The notes beneath the pieces are model-generated. The model saw only the letters and a program-made list of their open reading frames with translations. It searched no databases and was not told where the DNA came from. 64,000 nt of DNA from Paraspadella gotoi (lineage: Eukaryota > Animalia > Chaetognatha). The stretch spans positions 23,569,938 to 23,633,937 of the forward strand of contig CM119268.1 in the NCBI GenBank assembly GCA_051294375.1. The letters are read 5' to 3'. This document shows positions 24,320-38,588 of the stretch, piece after piece. The stretch's first letter is position 1. Every line of letters starts with the position of its first letter. The translations under genes were made by a program, and so were the position numbers.

Positions 24320-24589
24320 AAAGAAAGCTTTCCGCGCCAAGTTGTTGCTTTTATTTTAAAGAAAAAATATGTTTTTGCAAGTTAAAAGATGGCAGAGAGT
24401 GGGCAGACGGAAATTAAACTTTTTTTTGGCTATCGGTCTCTATTCTATCTATCTCTTTGGCTTTACGCACCACAACATACACACTCATTCACACTCTTGA
24501 ATTTTTTTTTATTTTTTGAGAAGAGAGAGAGAGAGAAGACGAGAGAGAGGAGCGCCAGCTACATCTCTTCGTAACCTTTTTTCAACTTT

Positions 24590-25050
24590 TCAATTTGGGT
24601 GGGAAGTTTGATCCGTTAGTAACATTTCGGAAAACGAGATAGGAGAGAGAGACAGAGAGAAGAGAGAGGGAAGAGAGACAGAAAAGGATACTCAACAGAT
24701 GAAGAGGCAAACAGGGCTGAGAGAGAGTTGGGGAAAGAGAAAAAAAAGATTGAGAGAGAGACGGCAACCTGCCCTTTGTTGCAGCCTTCTCCATAATGGG
24801 GCCACGATATACCGATGGGCTTTCGGCGCTGCTTTTACCCCTGCCCCGCTCCTGACGCAAGCGGGTGAGGGTCGGAGCTGCCGAACGGTCTCCGCTTCCG
24901 CTGCCCAGAGAGGGGAAACCACGTGCATCTCAAGCCTGGGGATGAGAGAGAGAGAAGAGACGAGAGAGAGAGAGAGAGTGGATATGGGGGAGAGATAGAG
25001 AAAGAGAGAGAGAGACAGAGTTTCGTTTGTTAGTTTCGGCGAGCAGGTGT
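24590..25050. promoter_or_regulatory. Candidate cis-regulatory island upstream of fringe
   Basis: GC-rich non-repeat block with GTGGGAA (24599-24605), CCTTTGTT, CACGTG (24920-24925) and GCAGGTG (25043-25049). Motif matches only. Confidence 0.3.
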
Positions 25051-25542
25051 TTTGGAAAAAACGGAAATTACGAAAAGAGAAAATTATAAAAAAGAAAAAT
25101 TCTCAAAAAAACTTTTTTGTAGGGTTTATTGTGAAAAATAATAGAAAAGGTAAGAGAGAGAGGGAGGGAGAGAGAGAAAGAGAGAGAGAGAGACGAAGGG
25201 TTTTCGATGCAAATAGTGGGTCTCCGGAAATCGACGTTCATATTTTTTTCTATTGAAAATTGTCGGGACTTTTTTTTTCTTTTTTTTCTCTTAAAAAAGA
25301 TGCACGATTAAGATGAGAGAGAGAGAGAGAGAGAGAGACGAGAGAGAGAGAGAGAGAGATGAGAGAGAGAGGAGAGAGAGGGAGAGAGAGAGAGGGATTT
25401 CTCCAACCGAGGAAATCAAACGGAAGGTTTGAAAGCTGTTTTTCTTTTTTAGGACTCGCCGGGGACGGCCAACAAGGTGTTTGAGCACAAATGGAGCCTT
25501 CATTCGGCCGTTGAGATGGAAACAGAGAGCAGAGAAGAGAGA

Positions 25543-25576
<34 letters not shown>

Positions 25577-27110
25577 AGACGAGAGGAGGAGAGAGAGATG
25601 CCTTCTTTTTTGCGGTTTTAAGTAAGGGATGGCTGACTGAATCTCTGTATTAGTCTTTTGATTTCGCTATTTTCTTAAATTTCCCAATTTTTTAATTTTA
25701 CAGAAAATTTTCTTATCTTTCTATTTTCTTTCAAATATTTTTGTTCATTTTTTTTCCATTTACTTTTAGGTTTTCCCATTTTTTCTCATTATTTCCGTTT
25801 TTAAGAAAGAAAAATTATAAAAAATACGCAGTAAAAGAAAAACTTAACAAAAAATTAAAAAAAAGATAATTTCTATTTATTTGGTTTTTGGCAGACGAAA
25901 ATCATTTTTTTATTATTTTTTTTTTAATTACTAAATCTTTTTTATAATATTTATTCGTTCTTTCTATTTAATCGGTCGTTTTGGGTTTGTCAGGAACCAA
26001 ACCTTTTTTTCTTTATATATAAACTTTCTTTTTATATAAACATATAAATATATATAATATATATATATAATATTAAATATATATAATATATATAATATGC
26101 ATATTTGATAATGAACTTTTTTTCATTTCTCTTGGCCTCATTTCACTCAGAATGAATTGAACCAAAAGGGACGCGACCCGAAAAGCTGGAGCTTTTTCCC
26201 TTACTGGAACTTCCAAAAAAAAAGGCAGCTCTTGAACCCAAACTGAACTGGAATCTCATAAAAAAGAGGCGGCAGGCGGCGGCGAAGGGGGGGCGGGGGC
26301 GGCGCGGCGGCGGCGGCGGCGAGAGGCCGGCGGCGGACGGCGCGGCGGCGGCGAGGCGCCGCTGGTGCATACAAATTCGAACCACCTGACGATTGATATT
26401 TGCCCACTAGAATGAATAGAGTGATGTTAAATACTTACAATTTTTATGAAATAAAATAAAAGCCATAAAAATACTTTGACAAATTATTATTAATTTTATT
26501 CATTGTCATTGAGAGGGCACCAGAAACACGTTATTCGTAATGACATAATTTTTTAAAAAGATTTGATATTTCTTTTATCTCAAGAACTTGAAAAAGATAT
26601 TTTGAAAATCTTGATATTACATAATTGGTTAACTACTATACAAAATAAGCTGACGGGCTAAAACTTATATTAGGTAAATAAAAATAGATATAGATTAGTA
26701 TACTAATAAAATTGTTTTAAAGAATTTAATTTTGCTTCACCACGATTCAAAACCACAGTTTTCATTAATAGTATCATGGAGTTTGAATAAGCTTGAAATA
26801 AAAATGTAATGTAATTTTAAGGACAACTCGAATATTTAGTATAAAACAACTTTTTATGATATCAAGATTCCCGTTTTTAACCAGTTAAAAAAACCTTTTT
26901 TTTCCCTTTTTTTTTCCCCCTTTAATTTTCCCGCCTTATTCTAATCTCTCTTCGCCTGTACACGCGGATCCGGCTTCGAGGCGTCGACCGCAAAAACTCG
27001 ATTAATACGTAACTTTCAATCTCGGAGTTCAAAATTTTTTGGACTGAGTCATTTTCTAATCTCGAAAGCGAATGAAACTAAGATCGAGAGAGAGAGAGAC
27101 GAGGAGAGAG

Positions 27111-27143
<33 letters not shown>

Positions 27144-27429
27144 CAGGCAGAGAGAGAGAGCAGAGAGAGAGAGAGAGAGGAGTCGAAAACAGTTCCGAAA
27201 AAAATATCCTACCACTTGATTTGAAAGAGAAACCCAGGGTGCTAATAAATTAGACTGTAATGACTTGCATTTGAAAACTTGAAAAATATTGAAAGCAACA
27301 AAAAAGTAATTTTAGAAAATCGGGAAAATTCGGAAATTTTTAAATTTTCGATTCCGCATAACTTTTACATTTTATTTTTATAATGTCACTTCATGTTTTT
27401 ACTAAATATTTTTATCTATTTTACTTTTC

Positions 27430-27660
27430 TTTAAGAACAAAGTTTGAAGAGAGATTTAACAACGATTTTATTTCATAAGTTGAAACGGACATGTTTCGAC
27501 TCACATACGCGAGTCTTCTTTCCAGCGCCAATTCAATTTGTGAAGAAGACTCGTATGTGGGGGGAAAGGGTTTCGGAAAAAAAAACCCCCATTTGTCCGT
27601 TTTCAACTATGAAATAAAAAATCGTTGTTAAAATCTCTCTTTCAAACTTTGTTTCTAAAT
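27430..27660. repeat. Long hairpin/palindromic insertion, error-rich copy of 38395-38588
   Basis: Same arms and loop as 38395-38588, with homopolymer-type errors. Confidence 0.8.
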
Positions 27661-28318
27661 CAAATCACAACGAAACAGAAATGAAAAAAAAAACACAATT
27701 ACTTTTTCTTATATTTTCTTTTCTTTTGCCTAATCTTTTAAATCCTCCTTTCTTATCATTTTCTTCTCTAATGCCTATCTTTTTTCCATTTCCGATCCTT
27801 ATTTCTCTTTTGTCGTCTTGCTTTTATTTTTTGAAAAGGGAATTAATCATCGTAACTCCTGAATTCAGGAATCGAAATTTCAAAAAGAAGATCTTTCTTT
27901 CCTTTTCTTTTTTCTTTCTTCTTTCTTTTTTCCCACTTTGAATCCCAAACACTCGAAATAAAAAGATACGAGAAGATCAGAATTAGAAATAGTAGAAAAG
28001 AGGAGATGAATTAAAGAGAGAGCAACAATTTTGAAGGAATTAAAAGAATAATAGGGAAAATAGAGAAAGAGTGTTTAGAGCGAGGAATATAGAGAGCGGT
28101 GAAGGAAGAATATTCATTTATCTTATCTACGTCGGATTAATAAATTTTCTTACGACTTTATGCTCAAATAGTTATTAGCAATTGTCGCTTCCAATAATAC
28201 TTTATTGCCTTCTGCCATTTTTTAAATTCTAATGATTTTGAAAATAAAAAAAAAGTTTGAAGTAACTGGAAGACACGAGAACAAAAAAACATTAAATGTA
28301 ATTCATGGCTCACTCTCT

Positions 28319-28353
<35 letters not shown>

Positions 28354-31153
28354 CTCTCTCTCTCTCCTCTCTCTCATCTCTCTCTCTCTCTCTGTACTGT
28401 CTCTGTCTCTCTCTCCCCCTTTCTCTTTTAGCTTCCTAGCATTAAATTCTTCTAATTATGCTTAATTTCTCGTCCAGAGATTAATTTCAACGCAACAGAG
28501 ATGAGAGAGAAGAATCGAGATGAGAGAGAAGGAGCAGAGAGAGAGAAGAGATGAGCAGGAGATGAGACGAGAAGAGAGGAGAGAGAGTATCCTGGTGCGC
28601 ATGGCCTATACTCAGAAGCCTCGTATCAGCGCAGCGTCGGGAGCAGCCGCGCGGCGCGCCGATCGCGGCTTCTCCCTTTGAACTTCGACTTACTTCGCTC
28701 GGCTCATCTTACTTTCTTCCTCTTCCTTTCTCCCTATTCTCCCGGATCCGCGCGGCTGCAAAGTCGATCCGATCGGAGCTGCTTAGGGCGAAACTTACTC
28801 TTTCTCTCTCTCTTACCTCATGCACCACCGAGGCTTTTCTCTCTGCCTCGAGCGAATCGATTATGAGTTTCGCGCGGATCCTGGGAGTCCTCTTTATAAA
28901 AATGGTTTGTTTTCTCTCTCAAATTTTAAATTTATAAAATGTTTGTTTCTCTCTCAATTTTTAAATTTTATTGTTATTATTATTATTTTTAAAAAAATAT
29001 CTATTTATTAGTGATTTTTTTTTGTTTAATTATCTTTAACCTTACTTAGCCTTAAATCCTAATTACTGAATATATTTTGCTTCAAAATAAATTTCCAATA
29101 CTTAATAAAATTAAAAAAATCACTAATAAATAAATTTTTAAAAAAAAATAATATAACAATAAAAATTAACCTTTAACTTACTTTTAACTTATAACATAAT
29201 CATTACTTAAATATTAATATTAATAACAATAATATCAAAAATATTAAAAAAATATGATAGGTATCTGCATTCTTAATTTTTCTTTCCAAGAAATTATCCT
29301 CTTCCGCTTCTCTATTCCATTCCTTTTCTTTTTCCAGTAATTTATTAAGAAAAACCTTGCTCTTCATTCCCAACTCCAGGAATGCCAAAATATTTTTACA
29401 TCACCAAAACATTTAATTATTTTAATTCTTATTAAATTTCATTGATTACCTACATATCAAATTTTTTAAAAAAAGTCTAGCACAGTTTTTGTTTCTGGGA
29501 AAAGTTAGTTAGTTCCATCTCTGTTTTGAGAGTCGCCTTATACCAGATGTTTGAGCCAAGCTGGAAAACAAAAGGCCCATACAAAACAGTTAGTTGTCTG
29601 GGAATCTGCTATTTGTCAGCCAGTTTTCATTTTTAATCATTTTAAATTATTTATAACAAAAATTGTCAATTGATTTTCTTTTCTTCTCTAAGAAATAAAT
29701 GAAAAAAAAATTACAGAAAAATGAATCAAGAAATTCTAATGAAAAAAAATAGTTTAACACAAAGGAATAGAATCAATGGATTTTGTTTAATGTGTTTTCC
29801 CCATTAAAAATTAAATGTAGCAGGCTCGCCTTATTCTAAGATGATCTAAGATCCCATCACCATAATTATAGAAAATAGAATGTCAGTTCTTTGAGTTCAT
29901 TGAGGCTGGTGTTTTGTTCTTTTTGATCACCATAAATGAAACAGGAAACGAAAAGATAACAAAACACACAACTGAGATTACTATTTTTATTTTATAATAT
30001 ATTAAAAAAAGAAATTTTATCATAAGGTTGGAATAATGTTATGGAAAAAAAATTGTATATGTTTAGTTTATGTATAATAAACATGTAAGATTAGAAATAA
30101 AAAGTGAGATTAATGACAAAATGTTACAATTTAGAGAGAAAAAAGATAGGAAAGAAAATAATAGAGCGAGAAAGCAAGAGAAAAAAGTAAGACGAGAGAG
30201 AGAGACGAGAGAGAGAGAGAGACGAGAGAGAGAGAGAGGAAATTCCGCGGCCCGATCCGGCTCGCGATTTCGACCGGAGAAAGAAGCCCGACTCACCATC
30301 GAGAGAGAAAAAATATCCCTGAATCCGAGCGTGAAGAAACCCGTAAGGAGAAGTGAGTCGGTGGCAGCCGCTCGCCGCCGCTCGCGTCTACGGCTGCGTA
30401 CGGGATGAGCTGAGTATATGACTCCCTGATGTGCGTGCGTGTCTGTGACGAAATGGAAAGGATGAATTTTAAATAATAGGGAGAGAGAGGAGAGAAAGAC
30501 GAGAGAGAGAAGAGAGGAGAGTGAGAGAGAATGAGAGAGAGAGATGAGAGAGAGAAGAGAGAGAGAGAGAGAGGAAGAGAGAGAGAGAGAGAGCATAAAG
30601 AGAGAGAGAGGGAGAGAGAGACGAGAGAGACGATGCAGAGAGAGAGAGAGAGTAGAGAGCAGAGATAGAGAGTGCGCGCTTCAATTAAATTCACGACACC
30701 GCTCTCATACTTTGTTTTCTTTCTCTCTTCAGAGGCGGACAGAAGACCCGATGTCTATTCCATCTCTGCCCGAAATTTTAACTTTCTTTGCCCCGACGAA
30801 GATACCAAAGATCAATTCTTTTTGCCCGCGACTTTTTGATAGATCAATTACAAAATTATCCAATTCATTTAATAAATAAGCTATCTTGCCCCTGACTTTT
30901 GACTGGCTTTGGTGGTTTTTAAAGCCTCCATCAACTTTTAATAAAAATTTTACCGTTTGTTGTCATCGCAAATACAATCATTTTCGTGTTCTAGTTTTTT
31001 AATTCCAAAATTTGTGACCTTGCCCGAAATACGGTTTCATCCTCCATCCCTTCCTCTGCCCGATCAACGTCCAATCCTCCACGCCCACACATCTCTTCCC
31101 CTCTGCCCGACATATCGTCTTAACCGACCGTGTCGGCCATCTCTCTTTCTTTT

Positions 31154-31225
31154 GGAGGAGGAGGAGGAGGAGGAGGAGGAATAGAATAGGTCCAAGAGAG
31201 AATAAAAAAGATAGGAAAAGAGAGC

Positions 31226-31264
<39 letters not shown>

Positions 31265-31377
31265 AAGGAAAGTCACATGGTTTTTAGGGGAGGAGGACTA
31301 AGAGAAGTTTTTTGGGTTAGTGACCACGTCGTAGTCTCTTCTCTCTCTCTCTCTCTCTCCTCTCTCTTCTCTCTCTC

Positions 31378-31418
<41 letters not shown>

Positions 31419-31593
31419 CGAAGTTTCGGCCAAGTTGTTGCTTTTATTTTAAAGAAAAAATATGTTTTGAAGAAAAAGATGGAGAGAGTGGGAGACGGAA
31501 ATTAAACTTTTTTGGCTATCTCTCTATCTTTCTATCTCTTTGGCTTTACGCACACAACATACACACTCATTCACACTCTTGAATTTTTTATTT

Positions 31594-31642
<49 letters not shown>

Positions 31643-32007
31643 CAGCTAATCCTCTCGTAACCTTTTCAACTTTTCAATTTGGTGGGAAAGTTGATCCGTA
31701 GTAACATTTTCGGAAAACGAGATAGAGAGAGAGACAGAGAGAGAGAGAGGGAGAGACAGAAAAGATACTCAACAGATGAAGAGGCAACAGGCGAGAGAGA
31801 GTTGGGGAAAGAGAAAAAAAAGAGAGAGAGAGAGACGGCAACCTGCCCTTTGTTGCAGCCTTCTCCATAATGGGGCACGATATACCCGATGGGCTTTCGG
31901 CGCTGCTTTTACCCCTGCCCCCCTCCTGACGCAGCGGCTGAGGTCGGAGCTGCCGAACGGTCCGCTCCGCTGCAGAGAGGGGAAACCACGTGTGCATCTC
32001 AGCCTGG

Positions 32008-32061
<54 letters not shown>

Positions 32062-32269
32062 TATGGGGGAGAGATAGAGAAAGAGAGAGAGAGACAGAGT
32101 TTCGTTTGTTAGTCTCGGGAGCAGGTGTTGGAAAAAACGGAAATTACGAAAAAGAGAAAATTATAAAAAAGAAAAATTCTCAAAAAACTTTTTTGTAGGG
32201 TTTATTGTGAAAAAAATAGAAAAAAGGTAAGAGAGAGAGGGAGGGAGAGAGAGAAAGAGAGAGAGAGAG
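31154..32269 (+). repeat. Extra direct copy of ~24060-25190 (fringe upstream region), ending at a 25-N gap
   Basis: Near-identical sequence from gaatagaataggtccaag to gggtttattgtgaaaa. Confidence 0.9.
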
Positions 32270-32987
32270 NNNNNNNNNNNNNNNNNNNNNNNNNGAAAAA
32301 ACTAAAACGATCACAAAAAAAATAAAAAATTAAATTAAAAAGAAATCCTAATTAAAAGAAATTTTGGGTCCATTTTTTCCCCGGGACATTTTTCGATTTA
32401 AGACCACCAATAAAAAAAGTTTTCTTTGGGTAAAAAAACTCCAGAGAGAGTTTAATTTAGCTCGAAATCGCTTCGAGTGGTAAGAGCTGAAGGATAATGT
32501 TCCAACCCTGGACCTGATGTCACGAAACACTAAATGCTTCCGTAGAGAGGCTCGATTATTTCGCTTATTTGTTAATTAGAATTATAAAATTGGGTTTTGT
32601 GTCACAAATCGCGGTGAGCCTTTAACCTCTTTTCCATCTTCACTTTCGTTTTCTCTTTGTTCCTTCAGATTCTTTCACATACTTTTTTTATGCTCGTTTG
32701 TCTTTTGATAAAATATAAACTGAGGATTGTTTACTTTTAGGAGTCTCCGAAAAAGGTTCGTCGTTTGGAACGTTTGTTCCTACTTTTATTTTAAATATTA
32801 TCATTTACGATTTCCATAACTCTCTTCCGAGTTCTTACTTTTGTCACGAATTTCACATTTTTTCCATTCACTCTAATCCGTTTTCAACTTTTGTTTTCAC
32901 AAATATCATACTCATCTTTCCATTCACGCTCCACCAGTTTCCTTTTCACAGACATTTCACACTCCAACCCAATTCCCTCTTTCTCAC

Positions 32988-33981
32988 CTTCCATTATGAC
33001 CTTTACTACAATTCGTAGCCATAATTATCGCCGATCCTTCGCCTCAATTTCTCGTCTTTCCGCGTCGGACACAATATATCGATTCTGCTCTCCGAATCGA
33101 ACGAGACCCAATGTCCAATAAAATCGCCCCGAGCCACCGCGAAGAGGGTGAAACCTTTGCCCGAGGTTTTCCACCGTGAAAGGAGAAATGTCTCCGGTGT
33201 GCCCAGTTCGGGTCTGTGCGAATGTCCCGCGGGGGCAAGCGGCTTCCCACTGCTGATTAGAGGCCTCTGCCAGCACCCGTAGATCCACCGACAGCTTCCG
33301 TCACAACTCTTGTCGTTTCGAGTTGCCGCCTCGGTAGCACCTCTTCCTGCTGTCGCTGGCACTTGGCCCAACCTTCGTGGCCTTTCGTCGATGGGCGGGG
33401 ACGAACGGACTCGGCTGCTTGAAGTCTACGGAGGAGTTGAGGTCGGAGGAGATCGGCGTCGACTTTGCGCGCCTGGGGCTGCTGAGGCTTGCTGAGGCTT
33501 GCTAGAGCTGCAGCGGAAGAGGGATCTCGTTTCGTCTCTGGACCGAACAGAGTTGGCGGTCCTGGGTGATCTCCGTGGGAGACCTGCGAAGGGTGCGACG
33601 AGGCGGTTGGAGGTCAAAGGAAGCGCCAGAGCTCGACAGAACCTCCTTTCGTCCTTAAGGTCTTCGTCTCTTCGACCACGCTCGAGATCCTCTCGGCGAA
33701 ATGAAGCAGAGCACGCGCCGGCGACAGAACAGTGCAAGCAGCAGAAGAAGTCAACGAAGTCTGAAGCCGCGTTTGACGAGCAGACGATTCTGGCGCCGGG
33801 AGGGCTGAGGCGGCGCTGTTGAAGGCCCAGTTGCTGTTCTAGTGGAGTGAAAGCGTGGCCAGGGCAACAGAGAAGTCCCGTCGTGGATGATTACATAGTA
33901 GCAGAGAGGTAGGAGGGGGACGAGTGAGGACAGGAGTGAGCCAGTGTGGAAGCGAGGGAAAGGAAGCGCGTTGAGAGACAT
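32988..33981 (-). pseudogene. fng: Frameshifted copy of fringe exon 1 (likely uncorrected long-read sequence rather than a true pseudogene)
   Basis: Collinear with 22137-23042 but ~90 nt longer through scattered small insertions; exon 2 is absent because the block starts at a gap within the intron. Confidence 0.7.
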
Positions 33982-34913
33982 TCTATGTGGATAGGGGGAG
34001 TTTTGTTGCATAGGAGTTTGTGATAGAGTTTGGTGGGATAGAGCGAATCGAAGAAAGAAATGAAGCTTGGGATCGAACACTTTTTTTAAATAATAGGTTT
34101 TGGGGAGATTATTTATGCATTTTTTTTTTATAAAATCCTTAATTTTATTTTCAACTTCGAACTTTAAAAAAGGTTAAGTTTACGCCCAATCAGTTTTTTC
34201 CACTTCGGCGGGTTTAAATTTCTTCTTGATTTCTAGTTTTTCTGGTTTTAAGAAGAAAAAAAGAATTTTCTTTTTTTTTTTTTTATTTTCGCGGACCAAA
34301 TTTTTTAGAGTTTTTCTTTTTTCGAGTTTTCGAGTTAAAGTTTTGGATTCGTCCAAACTTTATATCGAAAGAGAAGTTTCTTCTCTTTTTCTTTTTTCTT
34401 CTCTTTTTTCTTTATTGTTATTTCTTTTTGTTCTTCTGACTAAAAATATTTTCTGTTCAACTTTTATTTCCAATAGTTCAAAGTTTTTCTCCGAAAAAAA
34501 AATTATCTTCTCTTTTTTTTTTCGATGAAAAAGAAAAAAAAAAGTTCAAATTGTTGCAAAAGGTTGATTTCGAAATTGAAGAGAGAGGAGCGAGGACTAA
34601 AACTTATTGTCGAAGGGTTTTTTTTCTCTCTCTTTTTGAAGTATGAGTTAGAGAGAGAAGAGAGGGACAGAGGAGCTGATTGGGTTCTGCGGTCTCTCGC
34701 TCTTTTTCGAAAGCGAAGAGATGCGGAGAAGAAAGCGGGAGAGAGACAGAGTCAATGGATCTTCGTAGGAGGAGGATGAGGAGTGAGGAGGCAGGAGCGC
34801 AGGAGGAAGAAGTCGACGAGAAGCTCCTAGAGGGACGACGACGACGAGACGACGGACGAAGAAGACGACGACGGACACGTCGTCGTGAATTCAAAGGCCA
34901 TGCGGAGAGTACG

Positions 34914-34950
<37 letters not shown>

Positions 34951-35097
34951 AGAGCAGAGAGAGAGAGAGAGAAGAAACGCGCTGCTTGGAATTTTTTTTC
35001 GACCGGGGATGAAGGAAGGGATAGAAGGAGGAGGAGGAGGAGGAGAGAGGAATAGAATAGGTCCAAGAGAGAATTAAAAAAAGATAGGAAAGAGAGC

Positions 35098-35136
<39 letters not shown>

Positions 35137-35258
35137 AAGGAAAGTCACATGGTTTTTAGGGGAGGAGGACTAAGAGAAGTTTTTTGGGTTAGTGACCACG
35201 TCGTAGTCTCTCTTCTCTCTCTCTCTCTCTTTCTCTCACTCCTCTCTGTCTCTCTCTC

Positions 35259-35296
<38 letters not shown>

Positions 35297-36532
35297 AAAG
35301 AAAGCTTTCCGCGCCAAGTTGTTGCTTTTATTTTAAAGAAAAAATATGTTTTTGCAAGTTAAAAGATGGCAGAGAGTGGGCAGACGGAAATTAAACTTTT
35401 TTTTGGCTATCGGTCTCTATTCTATCTATCTCTTTGGCTTTACGCACCACAACATACACACTCATTCACACTCTTGAATTTTTTTTTATTTTTTGAGAAG
35501 AGAGAGAGAGAGAAGACGAGAGAGAGGAGCGCCAGCTACATCTCTTCGTAACCTTTTTTCAACTTTTCAATTTGGGTGGGAAGTTTGATCCGTTAGTAAC
35601 ATTTCGGAAAACGAGATAGGAGAGAGAGACAGAGAGAAGAGAGAGGGAAGAGAGACAGAAAAGGATACTCAACAGATGAAGAGGCAAACAGGGCTGAGAG
35701 AGAGTTGGGGAAAGAGAAAAAAAAGATTGAGAGAGAGACGGCAACCTGCCCTTTGTTGCAGCCTTCTCCATAATGGGGCCACGATATACCGATGGGCTTT
35801 CGGCGCTGCTTTTACCCCTGCCCCGCTCCTGACGCAAGCGGGTGAGGGTCGGAGCTGCCGAACGGTCTCCGCTTCCGCTGCCCAGAGAGGGGAAACCACG
35901 TGCATCTCAAGCCTGGGGATGAGAGAGAGAGAAGAGACGAGAGAGAGAGAGAGAGTGGATATGGGGGAGAGATAGAGAAAGAGAGAGAGAGACAGAGTTT
36001 CGTTTGTTAGTTTCGGCGAGCAGGTGTTTTGGAAAAAACGGAAATTACGAAAAGAGAAAATTATAAAAAAGAAAAATTCTCAAAAAAACTTTTTTGTAGG
36101 GTTTATTGTGAAAAATAATAGAAAAGGTAAGAGAGAGAGGGAGGGAGAGAGAGAAAGAGAGAGAGAGAGACGAAGGGTTTTCGATGCAAATAGTGGGTCT
36201 CCGGAAATCGACGTTCATATTTTTTTCTATTGAAAATTGTCGGGACTTTTTTTTTCTTTTTTTTCTCTTAAAAAAGATGCACGATTAAGATGAGAGAGAG
36301 AGAGAGAGAGAGAAAAACAGGACAAGAGAAGAGAGGAGAGAGAGAGATGAGAGAGAGAGGAGAGAGAGAACGAGAGAGAGAGAGAGGGAAGAGAGGGATT
36401 CTCCAACCGAGGAAATCAAACGGAAGGTTGAAAGCTGTTTTTCTTTTTTAGGACTCGCCGGGCGGCCAACAAGGTGTTTGAGCACAATGGAGCCTTCATT
36501 CGGCCGTTGAGATGGAAACAGAGAGAGAGAAG

Positions 36533-36580
<48 letters not shown>

Positions 36581-37286
36581 CTCTGTTTTTGCGGTTTTAA
36601 GTAAGGGATGGGCTGAATCTCTGTATTAGTCTTTTGATTTCGCTATTTTCTTAATTTCCCATTTTTTATTTTTACAGAAAATTTCTTATTCTTTCTATTT
36701 TCTTCAAATATTTTTTCTCATTTTTTTTCCATTTTACTTTAGGTTTTCCATTTTTTCTCCATTTATTTCCGTTTAAGAAAGAAAAATTATAAAAAATACG
36801 CAGTAAAAAAAGAAAAACTTAACAAAAAATTAAAAAAAAGATAATTTCTATTTATTTGGTTTTTGGAGGCGAAATCATTTTTTTTATTATTTTTTTTTAA
36901 TTACTAAATCTTTTTTATAATTATTTTATTCGTTCTTTCTATTTAATCGGTCGTTTTGGTTTGTCAGGAACCAAACCTTTTTTCTTTATATATAACTTTC
37001 TTTTTATATAAGACATATTAAATATATATAATATATATATATAATATAATATATATATAATATATATAATATGATATTTGATAATGAACTTTTTTTCATT
37101 TGTCTCTTGGCCTCATTTCACTCAGAATGAATTGAACCCAAAAGGGACGCGACCCGAAAAGCATGGAGCTTTTTCCCTTACTGGAACTTCCAAAAAAAAG
37201 GCAGCTCTTGACCCAAACTGACTGAATCTCATAAAAAAGAGGCGGCGGCGGCGGCGAGGGCCGGCGGCGGCGGCGGCGGCGAGGGC

Positions 37287-37317
<31 letters not shown>

Positions 37318-38394
37318 CGGCGGTGATACAAATTCGAACCACTGACCGATGATATTTGCCCACTAGAATGAATAGAGTGATGTTAAATAATACAATTTTA
37401 TGAAATAAAATAAAAAGCCATAAAAATACTTTGACAAATTTATTATTTAATTTTATTCATTGTCATGAGAGGGCACCAGAAACACGTTATTCGTAATGAC
37501 ATAATTTTTTAAAAAGATTGATATTTTCTTTTATCTCAGAACTTGAAAAAGATATTTTGAAATCTTGATATTACATAATGGTATAACTATATACAAAATA
37601 AGCTGACTGGGCTAAAACTATATTAGTAAAATAAAAATAGATATAGATTAGTATTTACTAATAAAATTGTTTTAAAGATTTAATTTTGCTTCACCACGAT
37701 TCAAACCACAGTTTCATTAAAGTATCATGGAGTTTGAATAAGCTTGAATAAAAATGTAATGTTAATTTTAAGGCAACTCGAATATTTAGTATAAAACAAC
37801 TTTTTATATATCAAGATTCCGTACAGTAAACTCCCTTTTTTTCCTATCGCCTTATCTAATCTCTCTCGCCTGTACAGCGGGATCGGCTTCGAGGCGTCGA
37901 CCGCAAAACTCGATTAATACGAACTTTCGAATCTCGAGTTCAAATTTTTTTGTTGGACCGAGTCATTTTCTATCTCGAAAGCGAATGGAAACTAAGATCG
38001 AGAGAGAGAGAGAGAGGAGAGGAGGGAGAGAGGGAGAGGAGAGGGAGGGAAAGGGGGGAAGGAGGGAGAGGAGAAGAGGAGAGAGAGGAAGGAGGAGGAG
38101 GACGGAGGGGGAGAGGAGCGGAGGAGCAGGGAGAGAGAGAGAGAGAGAGAGAGAGTCGAAACAGTTCCGAAAAAATATCCTACCACTTGATTGAAAGAGA
38201 AACCAGGTGCTAATAAATTAGACTGTATGACTTGATTGAAAACTTGAAAAATATTGAAAGCAACAAAAAGTAATAGAAAATCGGAAAATCGGAAATTTTT
38301 TTAAATTTTTCGATCCGATAACTTTTACATTTTATTTTTATAATGTCACTTCATGTTTTTACTAAAATTATTTTTATCTTTTATTTACTTTTTC

Positions 38395-38588
38395 TTTAGA
38401 ACAAAGTTTGAAGAGAGATTTAACAACGATTTTTATTTCATAGTGAAACGGACATGTTTCGACTCACATACGAGTCTTCTTCAGCGCCAATTCAATTTGT
38501 GAAGAAGACTCGTATGTGAGTCGAAACATGTCCGTTTCACTATGAAATAAAAATCGTTGTTAAATCTCTCTTCAAACTTTGTTCTAAA
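38395..38588. mobile_element. Perfect fold-back element (89-bp arms, 16-nt loop), MITE-like
   Basis: 38395-38483 is the exact reverse complement of 38500-38588; it lies in a 242-bp segment bounded by the direct repeat TTACTTTTTCTT (38385-38396, 38627-38638). Confidence 0.8.

Noticed and set aside
26268-26365. Very GC-rich (GGC)n island with Pro/Ala/Arg ORFs (also 37240-37325 and 43965-44015)
   Set aside because: A trinucleotide repeat whose length and sequence differ among the three copies; no consistent frame or splice sites.
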